A DNA stretch of 64,000 nucleotides from NCBI GenBank assembly GCA_951406725.2, contig OX597819.1, positions 65,906,001 to 65,970,000 of the forward strand. Direction: 5' to 3'. Numbering within the stretch: position 1 is the stretch's first letter; the number at the start of each line of letters is the position of its first letter. Position numbers and translations under genes: made by a program. Source of the DNA: Octopus vulgaris (taxonomy: Eukaryota). Positions 53,875 to 64,000 of this stretch are shown here, one piece after another. The notes under the pieces are model-generated. The model worked only from the letters and a program-made list of their open reading frames with translations, had not been told where the DNA came from and ran no database searches.

Positions 53875-54620
53875 AGAGCAGCGAGCTGGCAAAATAGTAA
53901 GCAGACCAGGCAAAATGCTCAGCGATAATTCTTCCGGCTTTACGTTCTGAGTTCATTTCCTCATGAGGTCAATAAAATCAGTTCTATTTGAATACTAGGG
54001 TCGATGAAAGTTGGGGCCCTGTGCCTATAGCTCAAAGAATTCTTATCATTAAGCGAGGAGCTGGCAGAATCGTTTCCATGCCAGGTGAAATGCTTAACGG
54101 TATTTCGTTCGTCTTCACGTTCAGAGTTCAAATTCTACCGAGGTCGACTTTGCCTCTCATCCTTTCGGGGTCAATGAAATAAGTACCAGTTACGTACTGA
54201 GGTTGGGGGTCAATGAAATAAGTACCATTTACGTATTGGGGTTGATGTAATCAACTTTCTCCCTCCCTGACATTGCTGGCCTTGTGCCAAAACTTGAAAT
54301 CAGAGAAACGATTATTGAGGCAGCGAGCTATCAGAATCGTAAACATATCGGGCAAAATTCTTGGCGGCATTTACGCTGTAAGTTCAAATTCAGAGAAGGA
54401 TCGACTTTGTCATTCGTCCTTTCGAGATCGATGAAATTAATACCAGTTGAGTACTGAGGTCGATCCTATTGACTTTTCCCCTTGCCTGAACCTGCTGTTC
54501 TTTGGCTTTCATTCATTCGGGTCGATGAAATAATTACCAGGGAAACATTGGGGTCGGTGTAATCGACTAGTTCCCTCTCCCGAAATTTCAAGCCTTGTAC
54601 CTTTAGTAATAAAAATTTGA
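53875..54620 (+). mobile_element. Head-to-tail stack of 3-4 degenerate SINE family B copies
   Basis: GAGCTGGCA-type heads at ~53882, 54057 and 54322; repeated TCATCCTTTCGGGGTC-like cores. Confidence 0.8.
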
Positions 54621-55219
54621 AACTATTAATTAATTATTTCAGTCGACATTGTGTTCATATAAACCATCAGGTCATATACACGATAAAAAAGGGAACTACT
54701 GGCTATCGGCATTGCATTTAACCATTGGTGTCTACGTTATTTGATATTTCATATGCAGATGTGAATTTACGATAATTTAGAATGTAGCGTTATCGATATA
54801 TTTGCTGCATTTCCTCCTTATGAGAGAACATGCTTTACATGAATAACAAATGTCGTTCATCATTCATTAAACATTCCAACCTATGATTCGTTCCTCAAAA
54901 TAACTCGTTACAAATGGGGTCTACGATGTCCTACTCCGACACCTCAGTTTTCTTTTCCAAAACCGGAAGTTGATATTCGATCCCTGATATTAATGAATGG
55001 AAAACAGATGGATAATATTTTCGACTACGTATGAAGCTAATGTCTCAATGTATTTCAATTCTATTAGTGATTTCATTCCCATCACGAGTGTGGCGGTTCT
55101 TCTCTATAGTGTTTTAGAATCACGATTTCAGTTTCATTTATTTTTCTTTCACTATAAACTCACAGACGTTCATTTTGCATTTGTAACATGCCTAGGCAAT
55201 AACGTTTCATCTATCGGGG

Positions 55220-55580
55220 AGCTCCGTCGGTTGCGACGACGAGGGTTTTCCAGTTGATCCGATCAACGGAACAGCCTGCTAGTGAAATTAACGTGCAACT
55301 GGTTGAGCACTCCACAGATACATGTACCCTTAATGTAGTTCTCAGGGAGATTCAGCGTGACACAGAGTGTTATAAGGCTGGCCCTTCGAAATACGGGTAC
55401 AACGGAAACAGGAAGAAAAAGTGAGAGAAAGTTGTGGTGAAAGAGTACAGCAGGGTTCGCCACCCTACAGGAGCTTTAGGTGTTTTCGTTCAATAAACAC
55501 AACGCCCGGTCTGGGAATCGACACCGCGATCCTACGACGGTGTGTCCGCTGCTCTAACCACTGTTTCATTGCGCCACCAA
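55220..55580 (-). mobile_element. SINE family C
   Basis: CTCCGTCGGTTGCGACGACGAGGG..GATCAACGGAACAGCC; inverse head near 55570. Confidence 0.88.
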
Positions 55581-55906
55581 CTTTCATCTATAATATTTGT
55601 GTCAAATAAAACATGTAACCACTACCTGGCTCCGTGCCAATTGTTTTATTTTATATATAAATATGGAAAGTAAATCAAATTAATACACTTGTCAATGTTA
55701 TTTAGTGATTGCCTTTTGAGAAGTGACATCAATCATCATTAGCTACTAAAAGAATGCTGGTTCACTTACAAACATTCACATACTTCCCTTGTAAATGCAC
55801 ACACATACACACATATACTCAAACAAAGTTGAAACGTTGTTTGATTTTTTCTTTTCAGCGTTGAATTGACATACACACACACAAACGTTCAAATACATTC
55901 AAATTA

Positions 55907-56312
55907 AGGCGGCGAGCTGGCAGAATCGTTAGCACACTGGACGAAATACTTAGCGGTATTTCGTTCTGAGTTCAAATTTCGCCGAGGTCGACTATGCCTT
56001 TCATCCTTTCGGGGTCGATTAAATAAGTACCAGTTACACACTGGCGTCGATATAATCGACTTAATCCGTTTGTCTGTCCTTGTTTGTCCTCTCAGTGTTT
56101 AGCCCCTTGTGGGTAGTAAAGAAATAGGTATTTTCGTCTGTCGCTGCGTTCTGAGTTCACATTCCGCCGAGGTCGACTTTGCCTTTCATCCTTTCGGGGT
56201 CGATTAAATAAGTACCAGTTACGCACTGGGGTCGTTATAATCGACTTAATCCGTTTGTCTATCCTTGTTTGTCCCCTCTGTGGGTAGCCCCTTGTGGGCA
56301 GTAAAGAAATAA
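55907..56312 (+). mobile_element. SINE family B (two internal units)
   Basis: GGCGGCGAGCTGGCAGAATCG head; duplicated ~180-bp unit. Confidence 0.9.
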
Positions 56313-56684
56313 CAAACATTCAAATACCTCCCTTTTACATACACACACATATACTCACACAGAGCTGAAACGCTCCTACTACCAGTTTGCCATCACCCCT
56401 TCCTTTCCTATTCAGCTATCACACCTTCCTTTTGCATTCATATGTTGTGACGGAGAAAAACACAAGCGTTTTATTATAATAGAAGATAATTAGATCGGAA
56501 GGCATGGTTGAAAGAAATACCATATGACAAAAGAACCTACGGGATTTCTTGTGACTCTTTGCGTTTCTCTTATGGTTCCAAAGAATGATTTTTTGCATTC
56601 GTAGATAAGATAAAGCCCCAAGCAAGTACTTGGGTCGATGTTATCAACTGATCCACTTCCCAAAAATTTATGATCGTGTGCCAA

Positions 56685-56781
<97 letters not shown>

Positions 56782-56782
56782 G

Positions 56783-57425
56783 AGGCGGCGAGCTGGCAGA
56801 ATCGTTAGCACGCTGGACGAGATACTTAGCGGTATTTCGTCTGCTGCGAGCTGGCAGAAACGTTAGCACGCCGGATGAAATGCTTAGCGGTATTTCGTCT
56901 GTCGTTACGTTGTGAGTTCAAATTCCGCCGAGGTTGACTTTGGCTTTCATCCTTTCGGGGTCGATAAATTAAGTACCAGTTCCGCACTGGGGTCGATGTA
57001 ATCGACTTAATACCTATGTCTGTCCTTGTTTGTCCCCTCTATGTTTAGCCCCTTGTGGGTAATAAAGAAATAGGTATTTCGTCTGCTGTTACGTTCTGAG
57101 TTCAAATTCCGCCGAGGTCGACTTTGCCTTTCATCCTTTCAGGGACGATAAATTAAGTACCAGTTATGCACTGGGGTCGATATAATCGACTTAATCCGTC
57201 TGTCTATCCTTGTTTGTCTCCTCTGTGTTTAGCCCCTTATGGGTAGTAAAAATAGTTATTTCGTCTGTCTTTACATTCTGAGTTCAAATGCTACCGAGGT
57301 CAGCTTTGGCTCTCATTGTTTCGGAGCCGATGAAATGATTGCTAGTCAAGTACAGGGATCAATGAAATTGACTAGCCCCCTAACCCCACCTACTACCCAC
57401 AAATTTCAGGCTTTGCGCCTGTAGT
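56783..57425 (+). mobile_element. SINE family B multimer after (ATT)n
   Basis: Double head, two full ~183-bp units and a third diverged unit. Confidence 0.9.
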
Positions 57426-57601
57426 AAAATCTTAATCTCATGCAAGATTCTACTGCGCCACCCTATCAACCTGTGTCTTCTATATCATGTTCTTATATTT
57501 CTGGCTATTGGGAGAGTACAGACTCTTTTTTTAGCTGTGTACAATATGAGATCTTTTTTTTCTTTTTGCTTTTTTATTAGTTTAGTTTGTTTTTATTTAT
57601 T

Positions 57602-57947
57602 GACAAGTAATATTCGTAACCACTTTAACATGACTGTCCGTTCGAGCGGATTCTACTCCGATTTTTTAACCCCAAGAGGACATCACTTCTAGCTAAAGCG
57701 AGCTGCTATCATCTCTAGCAGACGAGGTATCCAGTACTGAGGAGTGGCAGAAATAGCCTGAAACCAGGACTGATCTACTGGTACCGTCGCTAGAAAATGG
57801 TAGGTGTTCGCTCCCTTGATCGTAATTTTATCGGATGCAGCTGTACATCGTTAACCAGCTAGAGGAGATGTTTCTGGGATTAAACAATCGCAGTAGAGTC
57901 CATTCGAACAGACAGCCATCTTAAAGTGGCTATGAATATTACTTGTC
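57602..57947 (+). mobile_element. Fold-back element with ~92-bp inverted arms and a central hammerhead
   Basis: Arm 57602-57694 is the imperfect inverse of 57857-57947; nested inner helices lead to the HHR. Confidence 0.75.
57714..57794 (+). ncRNA. Full-length type I hammerhead ribozyme
   Basis: CCAGUA-CUGAGGA-GUGGC(AGAAAUA)GCCU-GAAA-CCA(GGAC)UGA-UC-UACUGG; stem I continues past an internal loop (GACG/CGUC, UCUAGC/GCUAGA). Confidence 0.75.
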
Positions 57948-58014
57948 GGTACAACTAATGCTTTGATCCCTTAGAGAGATTTTAGAACGAGCATTTTTTG
58001 CCTATTGGCCTATA

Positions 58015-58176
58015 GGCGCAGGAGTGGCTGTGTGGTAAGAAGCTTGCTTACGAACCACATCGTTCCGGGTTCAGTCCCACTCCGTGGAACCTTGGGCAAG
58101 TGTCTTGTACTATAGCCTCGGGCCGACCAAAGCCTTGTGAGTGGATTTGGTAGACGGAAACTGAAAAGAAGTCCGT

Positions 58177-58230
<54 letters not shown>

Positions 58231-58460
58231 AATATGTACGTGTGTATATATGTTTGTGTCTGTGTTTGTCCCCCCAATATCGCTTGACAACCGATGCTGG
58301 TGTTTTTACGTCCCCGTAACTTAGCGGTTCGGCAAAAGACACCGATAGAATAAGTACTATGCTTACAAAGAATAAGTCCTGGAGCCGATTTGCTCTACTA
58401 AAGGTGGTGCTCCAGTATGGCCGCAGTCAAATGACTGAAACAAGTAAAAGAGTAAAAGAG
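58015..58460 (+). mobile_element. SINE family A, full length
   Basis: GGCGCAGGAGTGGCTGTGTGGTAAG head; internal (TA)n; repeated GTAAAAGA tail. Confidence 0.92.
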
Positions 58461-58594
58461 TATTGTTTTTCATTATATTCTTGTTTGTTCTGTTGCTTAT
58501 AAAGTAATCGTCTGTATGTATCTGTGAGTGAAGCAAATTTTATTTGATTTTGTTTTCCGTAGAAACTGTTTAATATATCGTACAAACTATACTA

Positions 58595-58955
58595 CTAGTT
58601 TATTTCGTTTTGCATGTAATGTGCTTCATTTTCGACATAACCTGAAACTTCTACAGTGTTTCGTTTTGCGTGTCATTATTTCCATTCATCGCTTAAGCCT
58701 CAGCTCTCACCGTAAATGACCAACTGATCGGAGATGGGATTAGGCCATATACCTGCTATCCAAACAATTTCTTTATTAGTTAATTTCGTTTCCGTGCAAT
58801 GTGTTTCATTTCTGACATAACCTGAAACTGCTACAGCATTTCGTTTTACGTGCCATTCAATGCCATTTATTTCGTTTAACCCACAACTCGCAAGGTCAAT
58901 GACATATTGAGTGGAGATGGAGATGGACCAAGTGCCTGTTATCCAAACAAATTCC
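58595..58955. repeat. Two diverged tandem ~180-bp units
   Basis: GACATAACCTGAAACT..CTACAG..TTTCGTTTT at ~58634 and ~58814. Confidence 0.75.
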
Positions 58956-59914
58956 TTAAGAAGCAGATGACTCAAAAAAATAAACAAAATTAAAACGAAG
59001 CAAATATTCCATTTTGTTTGGTAATCATCAATAAAAGAATCTAGATTTCGTAGCTCGAGTAATTTTTGAGATACCAGAGTAGAATCAAGTAACTAATCAA
59101 TCATGAGAACAAACAGACGTCGACAGTGAGACGACATGTTTTCGCTGCTTAAATATGTTACGTGTGAGTAATATTGAGAGCAATGCATAAGAGTAATTGT
59201 CGATAAGATTCCGCATTTGTTGCTTAATTAACTGTTTTCATTTCAGATTAAAAGCTTTAATATTTGAAGAGTGTTTCAGATAGCTGAAGCTGATAAATGT
59301 GTATGCATTCTATTGGAATAACTCGACTTTTTTTTTTACAAAAAAGAACTGTCATTTGGATAATGTATTATATGGACCGGGATAAAATATTTATCTGTGA
59401 TATTTCGATATAAAAGAAGGGAACAAGTTCAGGTTAGAAAAGCAACTAGTTCACTTAAATGGACAGCAAGAACACTTTGGTTCTGAGCAGGATTCAACCA
59501 GCACTACAGTGTGAAACGGATAAAATTTTAAACTTGAACTTATTTTGGAAATGTTTTCTGGGAACTTCTACCAAGTTGATAAGAAAATACATCGTAATTC
59601 TGTACTATTTTAATTGGAAACAGTCTGGGAAAGACAAAGTGTATGTGTGTGTGTGTGAAAAATGTTTATTTGGTTTACTAGGGCACAGGGCAGCCACCTT
59701 TTACACCAATGGTTCCCAACTATTTTTTCCTTATGGATCCCTTTGATTCCTGTTTTACACGAGGGTTTAAAAAATTCGATGATATTTTTATAATTAAATA
59801 TTATGAAAAATTGTATGCAAAAATTCTTAAGATATTTAGTGTATTGCAGAGGTTTAACAAATTTACAAAGGTAAAGACCCCCTTCGGACATGAATCACCA
59901 ATGGATTACACCTA

Positions 59915-60122
59915 AAAAGTTCCCCCTCTGAGGCACAAGTCCGGGCTAGGTTGTTTATGGAAGACCACCAGTCATCCATGCATACCATCCTCCCCTCAAC
60001 TAATTTCTACAGCTGAGTGAACTGGAGCAACGTGAAATGAAGTTTCTTGTTCAAGAACACAACACGCAGCCCGGTTAGGGAATCGGGCTGAGTGTTGTGT
60101 TCTTGAGCAAGACACTTTATTT
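59915..60122 (-). mobile_element. SINE family D copy with a short inverted 5' segment
   Basis: Inverse of ~585-790; CAAGAACACAACAC is mirrored by GTGTTGTGTTCTTG at ~60091. Confidence 0.75.
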
Positions 60123-60199
60123 ATAACTCTCTCTGAAAAGAATTTCTACAGCTTAAGAACTGTCAAAGATACGTATATTTGTATATAAGGCAGTCCCGA

Positions 60200-61200
60200 C
60201 TCCATTAACCAGCGTTGTTACCGTGCTAGTTGTATCATAAGTATTTCTACTACTGCAAATTGGTCGTAGTTGGTGTTTATCAATGCGGTTTACAACTTCT
60301 TGGTTGGTATTAAGATGCAAATGTTCGCTAGATCCAGTAGGTAGGTTATTGAACTATTGCCGCATTTTGCTATTGTTTATGCGATGCATAAGCTGCCCTA
60401 AATTAGCGGAGTCGGCGTAGGTTACCTTCCCGATGTGTTGTTAGGCTTATTTGATCGAGTGTGTTGTACAGGATTGGAACAAATATGTCAAGTGTGTCTA
60501 TGAGCCTTCGTTGGTAGTTCATCGATATGATCAATTCTTGGATCGAGTGGCCTGTATTCTTTATGTGAGTGAGTTTTCAAACGGTAACGTTGTGGTGGTA
60601 TGCGATGTGCATCGCAGTTGGAGGAATTACTAGTGTTGTGTATGCCTGCTTCTTGTATATACTGGATTTCTTCACGGTACCCAGCCCTAGCTAGAGCAGC
60701 ATTATAATAAGATGTATGAGATTCGAAAATGTTATTCTTAGCAGATAATCTAGAGATTCTTGTAGAAATATTAACTAGTCCCCGTATAATCGAGGGTAGG
60801 TGATTGGATGCTACGTTAATGTACTTAATATGATCATTTGGCTTATGAAATGGTTCAATAATCCAGTATCAAGATAGAAGGTAGCGTCAAGAAAATTTAC
60901 TCTGCGATAATCTTTACCTATAGTAATATTTAGTTCTAAATTTTTGAAAAGTCTAAAGAAACTTTTCCTATACTTCTCTAACTGTACTTTACTACATCTG
61001 TCTAGAAAAAAATAAGGCGTCATCCCTATATAGACACCCGGTTACTTCCGTAAAGGAAGACTGGATTAATGAAAGGATATTTATTCCGACTAGGTCACTG
61101 ACCTGAGCAGAATCGTGTGAGCCCATTGCTATATCAAATTCATTCTCCCTATTTAATCTATTATTATTATTTAATCGAAGGCCACACACCCATTTTCAAG
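60200..61200 (-). mobile_element. Decayed Penelope-like retroelement RT/thumb region
   Basis: FDIAMGSHDSAQVSDLVG, LYRDDAL, VNFLDATF and KPNDHIKYINVASNH motifs in shifted frames. Confidence 0.85.
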
Positions 61201-61364
61201 AAAGTATATAAATACAAAGTGTGTTTTCTTCAATTTTATTTTAAGAAAACACATTTTTTATTATTATTATATGGTCAGTCTACCCCCACCCGCTTTGTTT
61301 TGGAGAGGGAGGGGCACACAAATTTATGAATGCATTTTTCTTTTGAAATTGATGTTGTTTGTTT

Positions 61365-61660
61365 CTTCTCGAGCCATGCCTGGCTCATAAGGGCCGGTTT
61401 CCTGGTTTCATTGGTGTATAGCTTCCTCACCAGGACGAGACGTCGGTCCGTCTCAAATGTGCAGCTAGATGCAGGAGGAGAGAGTGCGAGAAAGTTGCGG
61501 CGAAAGAGTCAGCAGAAGTTCGCCATTACCTTCTGCCGGAGCAGCGCTGAGCGTAGATGTTTCGCTCATAATCACACACATCACCTGGTCTGAGATTCGA
61601 ACCCGTGATCCCTCGACCGCGAGTTCACTGCTCAAACCACTCAGCCATGTGCCTCCACTG
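61365..61660 (-). mobile_element. tRNA-derived SINE with a family-C-like head and a different tail
   Basis: Inverse head GGAGGCACATGGCTGAGTGGTT..GGTTCGAATC; tail GAAACCGGCCCTTATGAGCCAGGCATGGCTCG. Confidence 0.8.
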
Positions 61661-61944
61661 AAATTGATATTAATTTCAATATTTTTCAAAGCAACAAGCA
61701 TATCGAAAACTTTTAAAATACAATCATGATTTGTGTGCCGCATTTCCTGATGTTACCCACAGGAAAACAATTTCATACTTCCAAAGTTACCAATCAATCA
61801 ATCAAAAGAATGGAGGTCATTGAAAGATTGAAAGTTGATTATCTTGTACTCGTTGCTTGTGTAAATCTACTTAAAAAGGAAATCGTATATGATAGCAACG
61901 GAAAGATGCATCAAATTCCAATAAAACCTAACTATGCACGTATG

Positions 61945-61988
<44 letters not shown>

Positions 61989-62059
61989 TATGTATGTATG
62001 TATATGTATGCATATGTATGTATGTATATGTATGCATATGTATGTATGTATATGTATGC

Positions 62060-62091
<32 letters not shown>

Positions 62092-62878
62092 GTATGTGTA
62101 TATATATATATACATATATACATATATATATATATATGTATGTGTATATATATATATATGTATATGTGTATATATATATATGTATATATGTATATATATA
62201 TATGTATATATATGTATATATATATATGTATATATATGTATATATATATGTATATATATGTATATATATATGTATATATATGTATATATATATGTATATA
62301 TATGTATGTATATATATATATGTATGTATGTATGTATATATATGTATGTATGTATGTATATATATATATGTATGTATGTATATATATATATATATATGTA
62401 TGTATATATATGTATATATATATATACTTAAGTAATCATTAGATCGTATCTAAGCAGAAAAAGTTTTTAAAAGGAAAATAAACACCTGTAAAACACGACC
62501 GTTTCGATGTTATCTTTCGGTCGGTAGCACTGGTAGCACTGGGCGTCAAATTGTACACTTCCGGTTTGACATGATGCTATATCAATAAGTATATATAAAT
62601 AAAGCAATATGTACTATATAAACTAATTCAAAAGATCATTTAAACAGCAGGTCTGATATTTTAGCGAAGTGTCGTAAAGAAAACAAATACTATCTAAAAA
62701 TCTATAACAAGGTCACTGAATATGATCGATTTGCTAATCGCAAGCAGCAATACCGGAAGTTTTAGGCTATACTTTATATTTACCATCTGCTTTAACCAGA
62801 AACGTTCATTAATTGTTCATATCGAAAAATTTCTCTGTTGACGTATATTTAGATGATTGTCACCGAGCTGCACTCGAT

Positions 62879-62910
<32 letters not shown>

Positions 62911-62914
62911 ACAA

Positions 62915-62962
<48 letters not shown>

Positions 62963-63374
62963 GGTGTGTATAACAAAAAGAAAAAAGCCTTAAACCATAT
63001 GTATACTTTCAATATTATATGAAGAATTATTGTGTATGTGCGTGGGCAAGTGTATATATGTACATGCATGCATACATACATATACATACATACATGCACG
63101 CACATACACGAACACACATAAATGCATGTACATATACATATATATATACGTGTGTGTGTGTGTGTGTATGTATATTTATGTATACATATATATTCTACAT
63201 GCGTATATGGATGCATGCATATATACACGTATCGTATGTTATCTATTTCTATCCAATGTATTTCTTTGCTGATGATATACAAAGAACTTTAGTGATGAAC
63301 TGAAAAGGAATACTTTTTTTCTGTTTGTATGGTTCATATTGGTCATTAGTAGCTTTATGGCAGGTACACGTTTC

Positions 63375-63770
63375 CATTGTTTGTTGCAGGTAACATATAC
63401 ACGCAAATACAATGGTTGACATCAAAACTAGAATAGCAAGTCAGGAAGGCAGGTATGGGAATCAGTGTAGAGAAGACAGAAACAGTGGGAATAACAAATC
63501 CTGATAAACAACAACAAAAATAAAGATCGATCAACAAAATATCGATACAATAGATTCGGGTAACGTTATCAGTAATAATGGTGTCATGAAGACTCATGTC
63601 AGCCATAGAATCGGTAAAGGCGCTACCGTATTCCAAAGAATGCGTGATATCTGACCCTCCAGTCCGCCTATGCACAAAGATCTGACCAAAAAAAAAAAAC
63701 ATAGTTCTACCAACAGTCTTTTATGCCAGAGATGCATGGGAGAGCACCGTCAGAATCGATAGAGAGTTAG
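63375..63770 (+). mobile_element. RTE-clade LINE RT-thumb fragment
   Basis: RKAGMGISVEKTE...GNVISNNG...VSHRIGKGATVFQRMRDI with in-frame stops. Confidence 0.78.
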
Positions 63771-63794
63771 ATGAGTTACAAAAACGTTTATATA

Positions 63795-64000
63795 TTTCTT
63801 TATTGCTCACAAGGGGCTAAATATTGAGGGGACAAACAAGGACAGGCAAAGGGATTAAGTTGATTACATCGACTCCAGTGTATAACTAGCACTTTAGTTA
63901 TCGACCCCGAAAGGATGAAAGGCAAAGTCGACCTCGGCGGAATTTGAACTCAGAACATAACGGCAGACGAAATACCGCTAAGCATTTCGCCCGGCGCGCT
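63795..64000 (-). mobile_element. SINE family B, cut by the window end
   Basis: GACCCCGAAAGGATGAAAGGCAAAGTCGACCTCGGCGG. Confidence 0.88.

Noticed and set aside
59707-59910. hAT-like left end CAATGGTTCCCAAC
   Set aside because: No matching right TIR or TSD found.
63370-63396. Second AG|GT site (TTGCAG|GTAACA)
   Set aside because: Weaker donor and it lies at the edge of an RTE fragment.

Overview
AT-rich eukaryotic DNA with very dense microsatellites ((TA)n, (CA)n, (TATG)n, (ATT)n, (TAG)n). The SINE repertoire suggests a cephalopod, probably Octopus (inference from recalled families, no search run). I found no credible host protein-coding exon; almost all long ORFs are microsatellite artefacts. 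The window reads as intergenic DNA or one long intron filled with mobile elements: a complete Tc1-type transposon, mariner, hAT and Helitron-like MITEs, at least four tRNA-derived SINE families, and decayed L1/Tx1, R4/Dong, RTE, CR1 and Penelope fragments. The main unexplained signal is a set of hammerhead-ribozyme (HHR) motifs. These include a 346-bp fold-back element with a full HHR at its tip (57602-57947), a tRNA-headed SINE carrying an HHR between 12-bp target-site duplications (19432-19708), and near-intact HHRs at 16747/15426 and 29157. Also notable are a candidate recursive splice site with a 49-nt RS-exon (26449) and four alternating octamer+CCAAT modules (48545-49570). All structures were read by eye; none was computed.
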